64,000 bases of DNA, taken from assembly GCF_035594765.1 (NCBI RefSeq), contig NC_085846.1:11519190-11583189 (forward strand), written 5' to 3'. Positions 25,390 through 38,910 of the stretch are shown here, piece by piece. Every line of letters begins with the position of its first letter. The first letter of the stretch is position 1. This stretch comes from Anolis carolinensis (Eukaryota). The notes under the pieces are model-generated. The model was not told the DNA's origin and did no database searches. It worked only from the letters and a program-made list of their open reading frames with translations. Made by a program: the position numbers and the translations under genes.

Positions 25390-26060
25390 TGTGTTGCTGT
25401 GAGTTTTCCAGGAGAATGCTTCTGGAACATAGCCATACAGCCTGGAAAACTCACAGCAACCCATTGATTCCAGCCAAGAAAGCCCTCGACAACATGTAAA
25501 GGAAACTGATTGCTCATTAGGAATTGATAGTATAAATAACAAATTATGGTAGTTCAATGGACTTGAGAAAAAAACTATGATACTACAAGTGATATAAACC
25601 ATTTACCAATTTGTGGTTTTCTGTGAGTTTTATGGGCTGTATGGACATTAAAAAAACACCAGAATCAAGACAGTAAATAAAGAACAGCACTCAGTAACAG
25701 GAGAACTCCACACAACAAGCAATCAAAGGCCAGTTAACTCCTCCCAAACGAAGGATGCCCCCAGGCAGCAATATCCAGGCCTTGCAGCTATGAGGCTACT
25801 CAATGCTAATCAAGCTGGCTAATTGCAACATTCACACTTAAACAGACAAAAGTTCTTTATCCCACCCTGGGCATTCCACAGATATAGATAAACCCCACTT
25901 GCCTTATTCCCACTGACTTCTGAACAAACCTCTGAAGATGCCAGCCATAGATGCAGGTGAAACGTCAGGAGACGTCAGGAGAGAATGCTATTGGAACATG
26001 GTACCGCTCAAAAAACTCACAGCAACACAGTGATTCCAGTCATGAAAGCCTTTGACACAC
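25390..26060. mobile_element. Penelope-like element fragments, partly inverted
   Basis: The motif gttgctgtgagttttcc...gaagcattctctcctgacgtttc and its reverse complement; also seen at 9985, 35270 and 37301. Confidence 0.6.
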
Positions 26061-28825
26061 ATTTACAAATTTGTTTACCACTTCTATTCTCTACTAAAAC
26101 AAAACATAAATGATTTCCATTTGGAATATCAAGCTGTCCTTTGTTTCTTATTGTAGTAACACGATGTCACTAGAATGTGATGATTTGGGCAAAAGATATA
26201 TGTTTACTTTGTGAAGAAACAGAGATGAACTGAACTTCTAGGATCATACTATTTGCTAATATTGTTGAGTTCTGAGAGTTTGGAGGTGTTGTATAACTAA
26301 CAGCTTTTGCACTTATACTACCTTTACAATTTCTCTTGTGCCCTTGAATTTTGGCTGAAAACCTAAAATGGCACTGCAGAGGGCAAATGCGGACACTATA
26401 ATTTTTTTTTCCTTTATGACTGAAAAGTATAAACTATGCCTGAATTTTTTCTTCTTGCAGCTTCATGCAATAAAATACCTTCTCTTGAAGTGATATGTAC
26501 CAGAATTCTTCTTGTGTATGTAGAATGGAATTACCATTATTGCACCACGATCATCATCAACAAGAACACTATTACTATTACTTAAAGAAGTGAGGCATGC
26601 CCTTTGTCTATTTTCCAATCAAATTGGTCAGATTCCTTTCTATCCCTTGGTAACACGGATTATCCCATGCCCTCTTCAATGTTCAGTTTTCATTGGGCTG
26701 GGTTGGGGATTCTCATTTTCAGAATTTTTTCCCCATATGTTTCCTTGATCCTCCCCCCCCCCCCCCCCATCTGTTAAGTAGCCCCTCAAGGTGTGGATAG
26801 TGCCATCTGGGTTACCGAAGAACCAACATTTAAAGATGTATTTGTGAGTAGTATTTTTTCCATATTACTGTTAAGAATTAAAAGATGGGAAGCCTCCACT
26901 TACCTGATGGGTTACTGAACCACTGTCAGAAAATGGAATTGGTTGAAAAGTGGAACTTGTGGTTTTTTCAATGTGAAAATACAAGATTAAACACTAGAGT
27001 TGTGAACGGATCCCGTTTTCCTTCATTACATCCATCCTTCGTTACCTTCAGGAGCACGTAGCAGGAAGCCCTGTCCCAGTACAAAAATCAACTCAACATG
27101 AAAACAAGCAGGAGCCGATTCTGGCTCCTCACATGCTTTTCGTGTGCAGCCTCCTTGCCTTGGAAAGTGCATGTGGCGCGCAGGCCTAGATAGCGTGTGT
27201 GTCTGCCTGTAGCCAAACGTCCCCTCTAGAATAAGAAACAGGTAAGGAGCCTCCTTAAAGCACAAGCCTATCTGCAGCTGAGCGCCTCTCCTCTAGAGTA
27301 GAGCTTAAATGCCTAAAATGATGGGAATGGGAGCCTCGGAAGCCTCTCCCCTCCGAATGGGCTGATAGAAAACAGATCTTTCGGCACTCCAGAGGTGCGG
27401 AAAATAGATATAATTTAGATTTATGGAAACAGCAAAAAATTCCAAAAATGAATAATTGAAATGCAGGGGATAACTGTGCAAGTACAGTAGTGTCAAGTAA
27501 CCCACATTATGTCTTGGCAACGCTCCTAGGACTTGCAGGTTTTGAGGTTTTTGATATTCCTTTCCAAAGACTTTTTGGGCAGGATTATAATATATTTTAA
27601 TATACAGTACTTTATTTATATTATTCTCTATCTCCTCGAGGGGACTCAGAGTGGATTACAGGTACATATATATGGCAAACATTCAATGCCATTATATAAT
27701 TGACAGAAACATACGATACATAAACAGAGGCAGGCTTCGCTCTTTCATTTCCGGCATCTGGAGGCTGTGCTCAACTAGGCCATGGGGACGTGCTGTTGTT
27801 CCATTCTTCCACGCCGAGGAGCCTGTCGATCGAACTGCCTGTATGTTTTTCAGGTGTACCTTTTACCTCTCTGCTTAAGCAGTACCTATTTATCTACTCA
27901 CATTGCTGTTTTCTAACTGCTAGGTAGGCAGAAGCTAGGCTGACGGCTGGAGCTCACCCCACCTATAGCTTGAACTCGTTCAGCGAGATCTTCTGTAGCT
28001 GGTGGTTAACCCACTATGCTAGCCGAAGCCCCAAGGATTATATAGGATGCAGCCATGATGCTTTTGAAGAAGCATCAAAGTGCTATAATTGTACAAAGTC
28101 AACAAGAGCTGAGATCATGGATAAGCTGTCAGAGCCAAAAATACTGGGATAGATGTTCAAATATTGCCTCTGGGGAAAAGGCAGCTTCTCAAATCTTAGC
28201 TATGTTGAGTACATGACTCCCATGTATACCATGAAACACAATGGCTGCTTTGTGTTCGTTGTGACATTTTCCAAGTTTGTAGAAGTCCTTTGGAAGTAGT
28301 TTCTCTCCTTCAGTTGGTCCATAGCAAAGGTTTTGATGTGCCTCTTAACGCTGATACTGAACCATCAACCGTGTCATTATTTCAAAACTCATTACAAGAG
28401 CTTGTGAAAGTGCCCTTCTGTGATTTCAGTGTCCACACACCTTTCTTCAGAAAAGAGTCCTACATTTAACCACAGGTGTCGGTTGGGTCTTTGGAAATGA
28501 GCCAGTGTCCAAATCACAATGCCTTTCGAAAGAGAAACAGGTGCACTAGAAAGTTACAGCATGCCAGTTTGCAGATGTCTGGGCATAACAGGATTTACAA
28601 TGGTAGACAGAACAGAATGAAACGGTTTGTTCTACAGAAAAGAGGGGCAGAAATTTCATGAGAAATTTCTTTTTGATACGATTGGCTCTTCTGCCGAAAT
28701 CAATGTATAAAACAAGACAGGAAAGCACATACCTTATACTTTTAAGCTTCTGTCTATGGCAATGACAACTATGTTCTATTTCAAATAACAGGCACAATGC
28801 ATATAAACTTAGACAGTGAAAGATT

Positions 28826-29437
28826 CTGGCCTGCATCAATAGGGGAATAGCATATAGATCCAGGGAAGTCGTGCTCCCCCTCTTTTCTGCCTTGGTCAGA
28901 CCACACCTGGAATACTGCGTCCAATTCTGGGCACCGCAATTGAAGGGAGATGTTGACAAGCTGGAAAGCGTCCAGAGGAGGGCGACTAAAATGATTAAGG
29001 GTCTGGAGTACAAGCCTTATGAGGAGTGGCTTAAAGAGCTGGGCATGTTTAGCCTGCAGAAGAGAAGGCTGAGAGGAGACATGATAGCCATGTACAAATA
29101 CGTGAAGGGAAGTCATAGGGAGGAGGGAGCAAGCTTGTTTTCTGCTGCCCTGCAGACTAGGACACGGAACAATGGCTTCAAACTACAGGAAAGGAGATTC
29201 CACCTGAACATCAGGAAGAACTTCCTCACTGTGAGAGCTGTTCAACAGTGGAACTCTCTCCCCAGGGCCGTGGTGGAGGCTCCTTCTTTGGAGGCTTTTA
29301 AGCAGAGGCTGGATGGCCATCTGTCGGGGGTGCTTTGAATGCGATTTCCTGCTTCTTAGCAGGGGGTTGGACTGGATGGCCCATGAGGTCTCTTCCAACT
29401 CTACTATTCTATGATTCTAAGATTCTATGATTCTATG
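28826..29437 (+). mobile_element. CR1 LINE 3' end, young and 5'-truncated; further CR1 fragments at about 30270-30660, 39356-39450 (minus), 51265-51590 and 52000-52190
   Basis: [15 protein letters not shown]...RRLRGDMI...WNSLP RT C-terminus and the (ttctatga)n tail. Confidence 0.93.
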
Positions 29438-32400
29438 ACTCACTCATGAAATCTTTTTTAAAAATACAGTCCTTGAAATTTATAATTAGGCCACTTATGT
29501 TAAAAGCTGCGTGATCGTTGTGGGATCTCTGGGGCCATTCGGACAGGCCATTCGGGATGTTTGTGAAGCCTGCAAAACTCCCAGAAGTACTGGCTTTTTT
29601 GTCCTCCAAAAAGTCAATTGTCTGCCTTTGAAGGTCCCAAGAATTGGATCTTTTGCCAGCGCAAAATGTAGCTTCAGGTCTTTCCAAGAGCTCCTTAGCT
29701 TTGAAACATGCTATGGCTGCAGCATGAGTCCCATTCAGGGTTGAGAAGAGTGGTATATAAATACTGCAATTAAATAAAATAAATATTGATGGTAAATGAT
29801 GTAACAGATGGTCCTCAGCAGAGGAGCATTGTAGTTCTTTTTCTGGTGGGGTTCATCATCCCCTCATAGTCCCTGGTACTCAAGTTGCTCCTGACACGAA
29901 AAAAAAAGTCCCTGGTAGAGCTGGGGACACAAATAAATATTATCCAGGCATATCCCTTGGCCAGCAGTCAAATCAAATAATTTCTTATTCAGTTTGTAAA
30001 GTTTTGATACAGTTGACCCTCCACATGTGTGAGTTCAACTTTTGCAGATTTTATTATTCATAGATTAAGGCCCTTCTACACTGCCATATATAATCCAGAT
30101 TATCTTCTTTGAATGGCAGTGTAGACTCATATAATCCAGTTCAAAGCAGGTAATATGAATTATCTACTTTAATGATATGGATTATATGGCAGTGTAGAAG
30201 GGGCCTGGGTATACAGAAATCATTCCTATTCAACAATTGAGTGTGTAGTCTGTAATGGCTAATAAGAAACTGGTGGGCTTGGAAACTAAGCTCTATGAGG
30301 ATCAGCCAAAAGAGTTGGGTATTTTTAACTTGGAGAAAAGAAGGATGAGTAGGGACATGAGAGCCATGATTAAATATTTGAAAGGATGTCCCATTGAGGA
30401 AGGGGCAAGCTTGTTTTCTGCTGCTTTACAGACTAGGACACGAAGCAATGGATTTAAACTACAGGACAATATATTCCACCTGACATTAGGATGAGCTTCC
30501 TGGTAGTAAAGCCTGTTTGGCAGTGGAATATACTGCCCTGAGTTTGGTGGGGTCTTCTTCTGTTTTTAAGCAGAGACTCAATGGCCATCAGTCAGAGGTG
30601 CTTTGTTTGTGTGTTCTTGGAAGATGTCTTTGGGGTCTCTTCCAAGTCTACGATTCTATGAGGTTCCATTGCCATTGTTTTTGGAAGCACCAGGGGACCC
30701 TATCTAATGGTATCGGTTTACCCTAGACAATATGATAGGGCTGTGGTTGAATAGTATATGGAAGGCTGTCTCTTGAATAAGAAATGAGAGATTGGGAGGC
30801 AAGTAAGAAATAGAGAAAAGAACAGGGTCAAAAGGATAATGAACAATGGACAGCATTAAACGGAGGCTATACTGAATCGTTCCTGCTTGCTGCTCCCTTA
30901 TCAGTAGCCAAACATTGACCAGCTCAACTGAAACTGACCCAAGAAACAATATGTTTCCATCATTGGACAAGGCCTTGGATCAGCACTAGTTCACTCATTC
31001 AAGAATAGGCCTCACCTTTCTAAATAAATACATGTACAATTACAGTGTGACGTTCTCTATTGAATTAGATTTGCCCTACAGGTTTTATGGAATGGAGATG
31101 TGCTAACCATGGTCATAGAATAAAGTTACCGAGAACAGGATCTTTGAATTGGCAAGAGCATTAGAAAGAAAATCCCGCAACTTCTATGATTCCACAGCAT
31201 TAAGCCCATTGCAGTTAAAGTAGCGTTAAAGTGCATTCATTCTACAGTGCAGATGCACCCCAGGGCTGTTGATAAACAGGGTGACTTAGAGGTTTCTCAT
31301 GTATATATATGGTCACTCTAAGTCAAAGTTGACTCGACAGCAATGAACAATAATTAACCACAAAATAGTAGTTAAAGCCATCTGTACATATTACTCAAAA
31401 CAGGAGCATAATAATAGTCAGACCTAACGATTATCAGTAGGAACTAATTATATCTACACATGCAATAAAAATTAGCCTGAACCCTATTGTTAGTTCCCAC
31501 TAGAACACACACAGTAAGTCAATGGGACTTACCTATTTGTTGACCAACCTGAGTCCATTAATCTACACCAGGCATGGGCAAACTTGGGCTCTCCAAGTGT
31601 TTTGGATTTCAATAGGCTGTTAGAAATTGTGGGAGTTGGAATCCAAAACACGTGGAGGGCCGAAGTTTGCCCATGCCTGGTTTACACCATCCAGCTATGA
31701 TTTTTCATTTTTTATAGATTGTGCTATAATGTTTTAGGTTGCACTGTTTTTCTAAACTGTCTTGAGTTCTAAGCGGGGAAAAGGGCAGATCATAACTGAA
31801 AAAAGGAACAGTTAAATATCATATCATAGCAAACAAACCACAGCAAAAAACATGCACGTTATTTCCAAATGTGACATTTCCAACCTTGAGTTGTACGCCA
31901 ATGCCAACATGCAGGAAATTTGTGAAAATTCCAGAACTCGCCACAAGTAGAGCAAAATGTGGGAGCCTCCGATGGCCTAGGGGATAAAAGCCTTGTGACT
32001 TGAAGGTTGGGTTGCTGTCCTGAAGGCTGCCAGGTTTGAATCCCACCCTCTATCAGCTCCAGCTCTATATGGGGACATGAGAGAAGCCTCCCACAAGGAT
32101 GGTAAAACGTCAAAAACATCCGGGCGTCCCCTGGGCAACGTCCTTGCAGACGGCCAATTCTCTCACTCCAGAAGCAACTCCGAAAAAAAGCAACAAAAAA
32201 AAGAAGAAAAAAAGCAAAACCAAAATGTGAACATTCACCCCAGAGGGGAAGGAAATAATTGATGATTCTGTCCTGATGAAATGTGGGAAAACATATATCT
32301 CCCACATATACACTACAAAAAAAATCCATGAGATGTCAGGACACCGAGAGAAGAGTTTACTATTTAACAGAGAGACCTCGGTCCATAAGGTCAAAGGATT

Positions 32401-35400
32401 CTTGAGCCTTAATGCAATTGTTCTTCATAATCCTAGTCATGCCTTCCATTTATTTATGGCTTATTGACAGTTTCTGTCCAGTTCCATGTGATCAGGGTTT
32501 CCAATCTTCTCTGGTACCTGGCTGAGTTGCGTATAAAGAACCCCCAGGGAAATGAAGGGAGGCAAGGAAGACTTTTGACTCCGCATGGAAACTGAAATTG
32601 CTACTTTATCAGACATCTTGGTAAGCTGGATGCTTCTCTGGGGAATTTCTGGCTGTGTAGGTGGTGTCAAGATGGAAAGGAGAATAGGGAAGTTGTCTTT
32701 GGTGGGAGAAATAGATTCCCTTAGCCCAGGGTTTAGATAGGCAACATGGTACCTTGTTTTGAACTAAAGCTCCCACCAGTCTCAGTGGATGGTATTTATA
32801 AGATCTTTGGGGGCTTTCTTTTGGTCCCATCACCATGGCAAGGTTGTTGGGTGAGAGCAATGGAAAAAGGTCTTCTCGGTAGTGTTGTCCAGGTTGTAGA
32901 ATTCCCTTCCAAAGAAGATTTGTTTGGCTCCTTCTCTCCTTTCCTTCTGTCTTCAAGCAAAAATCTCTTCATTCAAGGAGACCTTTGGATTATCATTTCT
33001 GCAGCAGAAATATCAGTGGAGTTCTTTATCTTTGGAACTTCATTGTGTCCCCCCGTATCCACAAAACCAGTACCCACAATTTTACTTAGACACATCCAAA
33101 AAATAAGCTCTCTCTAGGCATTTTGTAGGTCCTCCAGGACAATTCTATGAGATATGTGTGTGTGTGTGTGTCTATATATATTTATACACATATATCAATG
33201 TATGCATATATTTTGGGAGGGATATATGTAGAGAGAGAGTGTGTGTGTGTGTATAGATCAGGTATAAGCAAACTTAGGCCCTCCAGGTATTTTGGACTTC
33301 AACAGCCTCAGGCCCCTTCCTTTTCCCCCCCAGCCACTTATGGAAAGGGCCTGAGGCTGTTAGGAATGGTGGGAGTTGAAGTCCAAAACACCTGGAAGGC
33401 CTAAGTTTGCCCATGTCTGGAATAATAATAATAATAATAATAATAACAACTTTATTTTTATACCCCGCCCCATCTTCCCAGTGGGGACTAGGAGCAGCTT
33501 ACATGGGGACTGAGCCCGAAACATACAGCAATAAAACGATAAAACAATTATTCCAACAGTAAAACATCAATATCAATAAAACCATCATAAAAATCAACAT
33601 ACAGCATAAAATGTTAAAAACAGGAGACTAAAACAAGGATCTGGGCCAAAGTGCAGAATATATCAAAATGGGAGAGGTAGTTTCTCAGTCAAAGTAGAGA
33701 AATAGAGGAATAGAGAAAGAAAGGGAAAATAAATTTTGGTCAATGATCAAGATGAAACCTTTCAGGTCTCCCTAGTGTATTTTGTAAAACTGGATTAATA
33801 AAATGTTGCCGAAGTTCTTGAGAGAAAGAGCAATAGAATAAAATGTGTTCTAATTGTATGATATGCTTCTGCCAGAAATTGACCATACAGTTGTACTGGA
33901 GGATCTAGAAATGCAAGAGATATATTTTCTAGGTCTTCCAGGGCAATTCTATAGTATGCTTCCACCAGAGGTCATTGCCTGTGGTTTCCTATTTCCAAGG
34001 TAAGTCCAAGAATATAATTGTACTGGATGTTTTAATTGTATTATGTGTTGTTTTAACTTTGTGCTTTCACCATACGTCTGGAACAATTTTGGAATATTTT
34101 TCCCCATCTTTTGTACCAATAAACTTTTTTAGAAGGACCCTTTTTAAAATCAGTAATAAGCCATCTTGTGTCCTGCACAAGGAGAAGGGTGGGATATAAA
34201 TGAATACTATTACTAACAGCAGGGGCCGCGGTGATGCAGTGGCTTAAACCGCCAAGTTGCTGAACTTGCTGATCAGAAGGCTGGCAGATCGAATCCGTGG
34301 GACAGGGTGAGCTCCCATTGCTAGCTCCAGCCTAGTAGTTCAAAAACATGCAAATATGAGTAAATCAATAGGAACTGCTTTGGCGGGAAGATAACAGCGC
34401 TCCCTGCAATCATGCTGGAGACATGACCTAGAAGGTGTCTACAGACTGCTGGTTCTTCAACTTAGAAATGGAGATGAGCACCACCCCACAGAGTCCAACA
34501 CGACTAGGTTTAATGTCAAGGGGAATCCTTTACCTTTACTAATGCTAATTAAAATAAAGACTAAGAATAATGGCAGAGTATAGCGAAAATATAGTCATTT
34601 CTGAAAGTTTTTCAGCCCTAATTGGTTTTACTCCTGCATGTTCATGGTTTTAATTCCATTTAAACAATTTTAACCCTTTTAATCAGTTTTTTAAACTTGT
34701 TTAATGTGGGATATAAATATTTAGAAAACTACATAAATGTAGTATCTGGGGAGCAACAGGTTACAGAATGTATCCCATGCTGCTCCTGACAAGCATGGAT
34801 TCACTCCAGTGTCCCAATCCTCATCTGTGATGCTGTTGTGTTTTGGGGGAAGTGAAATACCCCAGTTTGAGGATGATTTGATGTAAATACTATGTTGTTG
34901 TTTTTTTAAAGAATAAAAGTTCTTTTGGACCTGCGCATGCTCACTTGTCTTTCTGCATCTCTTTCTTATATTCCAGGGCTGAAGCTTCACACGTCAACCT
35001 ACTTCTCTTTGTCTAAGTATATTTGCTCAAGTACCCAAAGTGTGAACATTTTTATGTGTGCGTATCATTGCATGCACCCACCCTCATAGTTTCAAGTGTT
35101 TGTCATTGAAATTAACTTTCTTTGAGGATTTCACTGGAAATGGTTCCTGTTACTACTAGATTTCTTCTGTGCCAGAGGTTTTATTTGGGCGGTTGGCCGG
35201 GGGGGGGGGGGGGGGTGACAAAAGAGAAATCCTTAAGGCAGTTTGTGCAAAAGGAAAGTATGATATAGTAGGTTGTTGTGAGTTTTCCAGGCAATATGGC
35301 CATGTTCCAGAAGCATTCTCTCCTGACGTTTCACCCACATCTATGGCAGGCATCCTCAGAGGTTGTGAGGTCTGTTGGAAACTAGGCAAAATACTTTTTG

Positions 35401-37300
35401 GCAAAGAAGGTTAAAAGTCCTCATAAAACCTTATCTCCCATGATTCCATAACACTGAGCAATGGCAGTTGAAAGTGTGTCAAACTGCATTTGGTCTGCAG
35501 TGTAGATTCAGGGTTGAATTCCCTGCTTGGCTGTGGAAATTCACTGGTGACCTTGGGCACGTCACAGGAAATCCCATGATAGCTTGACCTTAGAGTTGCT
35601 GTAAGTCCAAAACAACTTGAAGGCACACAACAACAAACACAAAGAAGGATTGCATATTTTTTCAAAGCAGTATAAAACAGAACATTTCAGCATTTGTGGA
35701 TTGTCCCTCTTCACCATTGGCCTCATGAAATTCTTCCATTGAGGACTTAAAACATTTTGGGCAGAGGCTAATGACCTCATTTTTATATAAATCCAAGAAT
35801 ATCATTGTTTTTCCACTTTCTTGCTGCCCAATTCTTGTCCTCTGTTGCCATCTAGCGCCCACTACATGGCATGGGAAGCTCTTTCCTTGCTTCACTCAAA
35901 ACCCATCAGATAAACTTTAACATGGTTTTTAAGACAGCAGCTTTTAAATGTGGTTGGATAAATTTGTGGAGGATAGAACCACCAATAGCATGCAGATACA
36001 TATGTATTCCTCCGATATGAGAGGTAGCATGTTTCTATATCTCAAATGCAAACACCAGATGGGTGAGCAGGACTGGTGGATATGATTTATACTCTCTGGT
36101 AGGCTTCCAAAAAGTAACCTGATATCCACTATGTGAACAGAATGGTGGATCAGTTAGTACATTTTATTGGCCATATAAAAACACTGGTGAATCAGTTAGG
36201 CTGTTAGCACAGCACTTCTTATGAAATTATGAGCTGTTTATCTGCATGGAGATCATTTCCTCAACACAAGCTATGTTGGTTAAAGCAAAAGTTAGGTGCA
36301 CATCACCTTTCAGAGTGTCAATTCTTCTGCACCCAGGTGTAATTATTGCCTGACCATTCAGTTCATGGTTTTCAGATTAGTGACGTGACACATTTGCTTT
36401 ACAATCTAATTTTAAAGGAGCTATCCAGCTGCTGGTTTTGGTTTCCAAAATACACATCCAGCATCACAGGCAGCTCCAGACTGAACCCACAAGTGAACTC
36501 ACCCACTTATAAGAACCCACCAATCATGATGGTTACAATGGACCTGCCACATCCATGGACTCAGGATCCATGGATCCATCACACTACAAATTCAAAGCAG
36601 AAGCTGAAGAAAAAAAATGTGCATTCTTCATGTGACAGAACTTCTGGGGAACCTGCCAAACACCTGCATCTGTCTTGCAATTGGACAAGCAGAAGTGCCA
36701 TAGCCATCACCTCAAAGGCAGGAGTGAGCGACTAGCTTGCTTTTCAGATCTGGTTATTCATGAGTTTGATTAAAATTGTCTTCATTAGGAATCTCTATGT
36801 CGGTGGTTCTCAACCAGATGTTTTGGCCTTCAACTCCCAGAAATCCTACCCGCTGGGATTTCTGGGAGTTGTGGGACAAGACACCTGGGGACCCAAAAGT
36901 TGAGAACCACTAATCTAGGTCCTTCAGTGCAACTCTGTCACAAGTTGATCACAGAGTCATTCTGGAACACCTACAGATTCTTAGGCCACATCTTCCACTT
37001 CTGTAAAAAAAAATCCAGATTTCTGCTTTGAACTGGATTATATGCAGTGTAGATTCATATAATCCAGTTCAAAGCAGATAATCTGGATTATCTTCTTTGA
37101 TAATCTAGATTATGTGGCAGGGTAGATCCAGCCTTAGGGTGAACACCTGCTAGGTCCTCCAGTAAAGCACTGTCATTAACTTCTGTCTGAAGTTAATTAT
37201 AGAGTCCTGCTGAAGGATGGATTCCTAAGGAGAATATCACTTTAGGAATCAAAACACCTCATACTAAGTCCTATAGTATAAATCTAAACACCTCATACTA

Positions 37301-37720
37301 AGTTGCTGTGAGTTTTCCGGGCTGTATGGCCATGTTTCAGAAGCATTCTTTCCAGGCATTTTGCCTGCATCTATGGCAGGCATCCTCAGAGGTTATGAAG
37401 TCTGTTGAAAACTAGGCAAATGGGGTTTATATATCTGAGGAATGTTTAGGATGAGAAAAAGAATTCTTGTCTGCTTGAAGCAAGTGTGAATGTTGCAATT
37501 GGCCACCTTGCTTCAAACACACAAGAGTTCGTTCTCCCATCCTGGACATTCCAGAGATATATAAACCCCACTTGCCTAGTTTCCAACAGATCTCACAACC
37601 TCTGAGGATGCCTGCCACAGATGCAGGAGAAACATCAGGAAAGAATGTTTCTGGAACATAGCCATAAGCCTGGAAAACTCACAGCAACCCAGTGAATCAG
37701 GCCATGAAAGCCTTCAACAA
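37301..37720. mobile_element. Penelope-like insertion forming a long inverted repeat (arms about 185 bp)
   Basis: 37301-37485 is the reverse complement of about 37507-37688. Flanked by the direct repeat aacacctcatactaa. Confidence 0.7.
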
Positions 37721-38424
37721 CACCTCATACTAACTTTTATAGTATAATTCTATGGTCATGCTGGGAGCCCCAGTGGTGAAGTGTGTTAAAGCACTGAGCT
37801 GCTTAACTTGCAGACCGAAAGGTCTCAGGTTCAAATCCCGGGAGCGGAGTGAGCGCCCGCTGTTGCTCCAGCTTCTGCCAACCTAGCAGTTCGAAAACAT
37901 GCCAATGTGAGTAGATCAATAGGTACTGCTCCGGCGGGAAGGTAACGGCGCTCCATGCAGTCATGCCGGCCACATGACCTTGGAGGTGTCTACGGATAAC
38001 GTCAGGTGAAACCTTTACCTTTACCTATGATCATGCTGGAGGACCTAGAGGTTCCTTTTGTGGGGATCCTTATCCCTCTAACACCAGTGAATGTGAAGGG
38101 TTGACTTATAATATTTTCCAAAGTTGAATCTGTGCTGGAGGCTTCTCACACTGTTATTGGAAGTCAATCCATGTGTCAGATTGCATCCCAGCTATAACTC
38201 CCATTAGTTTTTACCTTTCATCTCTATATGTGTTTTATCAGATGGAAAACTGAGGCCTTGAAGATATTTCCTAATAGAGTTTGGAAAGGTTCCTAGTAGG
38301 CCACAAGACACTTAATTTGATAAACCAGAGTCTATACCAGGCATGGGCAAACTTGGGCAAAGTTTGCCCATGCCTGGCTTATACCAATCTGCTGTAACAC
38401 ACTTTCCCTTTTCCAAATCCAGCC

Positions 38425-38871
38425 ATGATGCTTCCTCTGAAAAGAACTGAAACTCTGATGTTCATCATGGTTTTCGCCTGCGTGATCGCCAGTTGCGTGT
38501 CTTCCCAAAACCCTCGGCATGAGAAATTCTGGAGGCAGCACCACGACTTTCCTCGCAGCAACGTGGCCGGGCAGGACTACTGTGGGGCCATGATGCTCCG
38601 CCGGGGCATGGCGAGGCCTTGCAAAGACACCAATAGCTTTGTTCACGTGCCTAGGAACCAGCTAAAGGATGTCTGCGGCTGGGCTGGAACCCACTACCGC
38701 CGAGCCTTGAGGATCAGCCGGGAGCCGCTCTCCGTCACCACATGCAAACTTCAGGAGACGTCTCCGCGGGGCCAATGCCGCTACTGGTCCCACACAGGCC
38801 AAAGACAGATTCATATTGGCTGTGATGCATCAGGATGGCCGATCCGGTTCGAAGAGAGCAATTTCATGTAG
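38425..38871 (+). CDS. Secreted RNase A-superfamily protein, 148 aa, with His119 replaced by Arg
   Basis: Acceptor ttttccaaatccAG ends at 38422. Signal peptide, FWRQH, CKDTNSFVH, six Cys; C-terminal WPIRFEE instead of PVHFD. Confidence 0.93.
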   Translation: MMLPLKRTETLMFIMVFACVIASCVSSQNPRHEKFWRQHHDFPRSNVAGQDYCGAMMLRRGMARPCKDTNSFVHVPRNQLKDVCGWAGTHYRRALRISREPLSVTTCKLQETSPRGQCRYWSHTGQRQIHIGCDASGWPIRFEESNFM

Positions 38872-38910
38872 CCAACAGTCTCCTGTTTCCAACAACAGCA
38901 TACAATAGTG

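Noticed and set aside
28100-28460. Weak RNase-like words on the minus strand (FLKK..VD, CNE, YMGVMYST)
   Set aside because: Needs several frameshifts, and has no CKxxNTF or PVH equivalent; not distinguishable from chance by eye.
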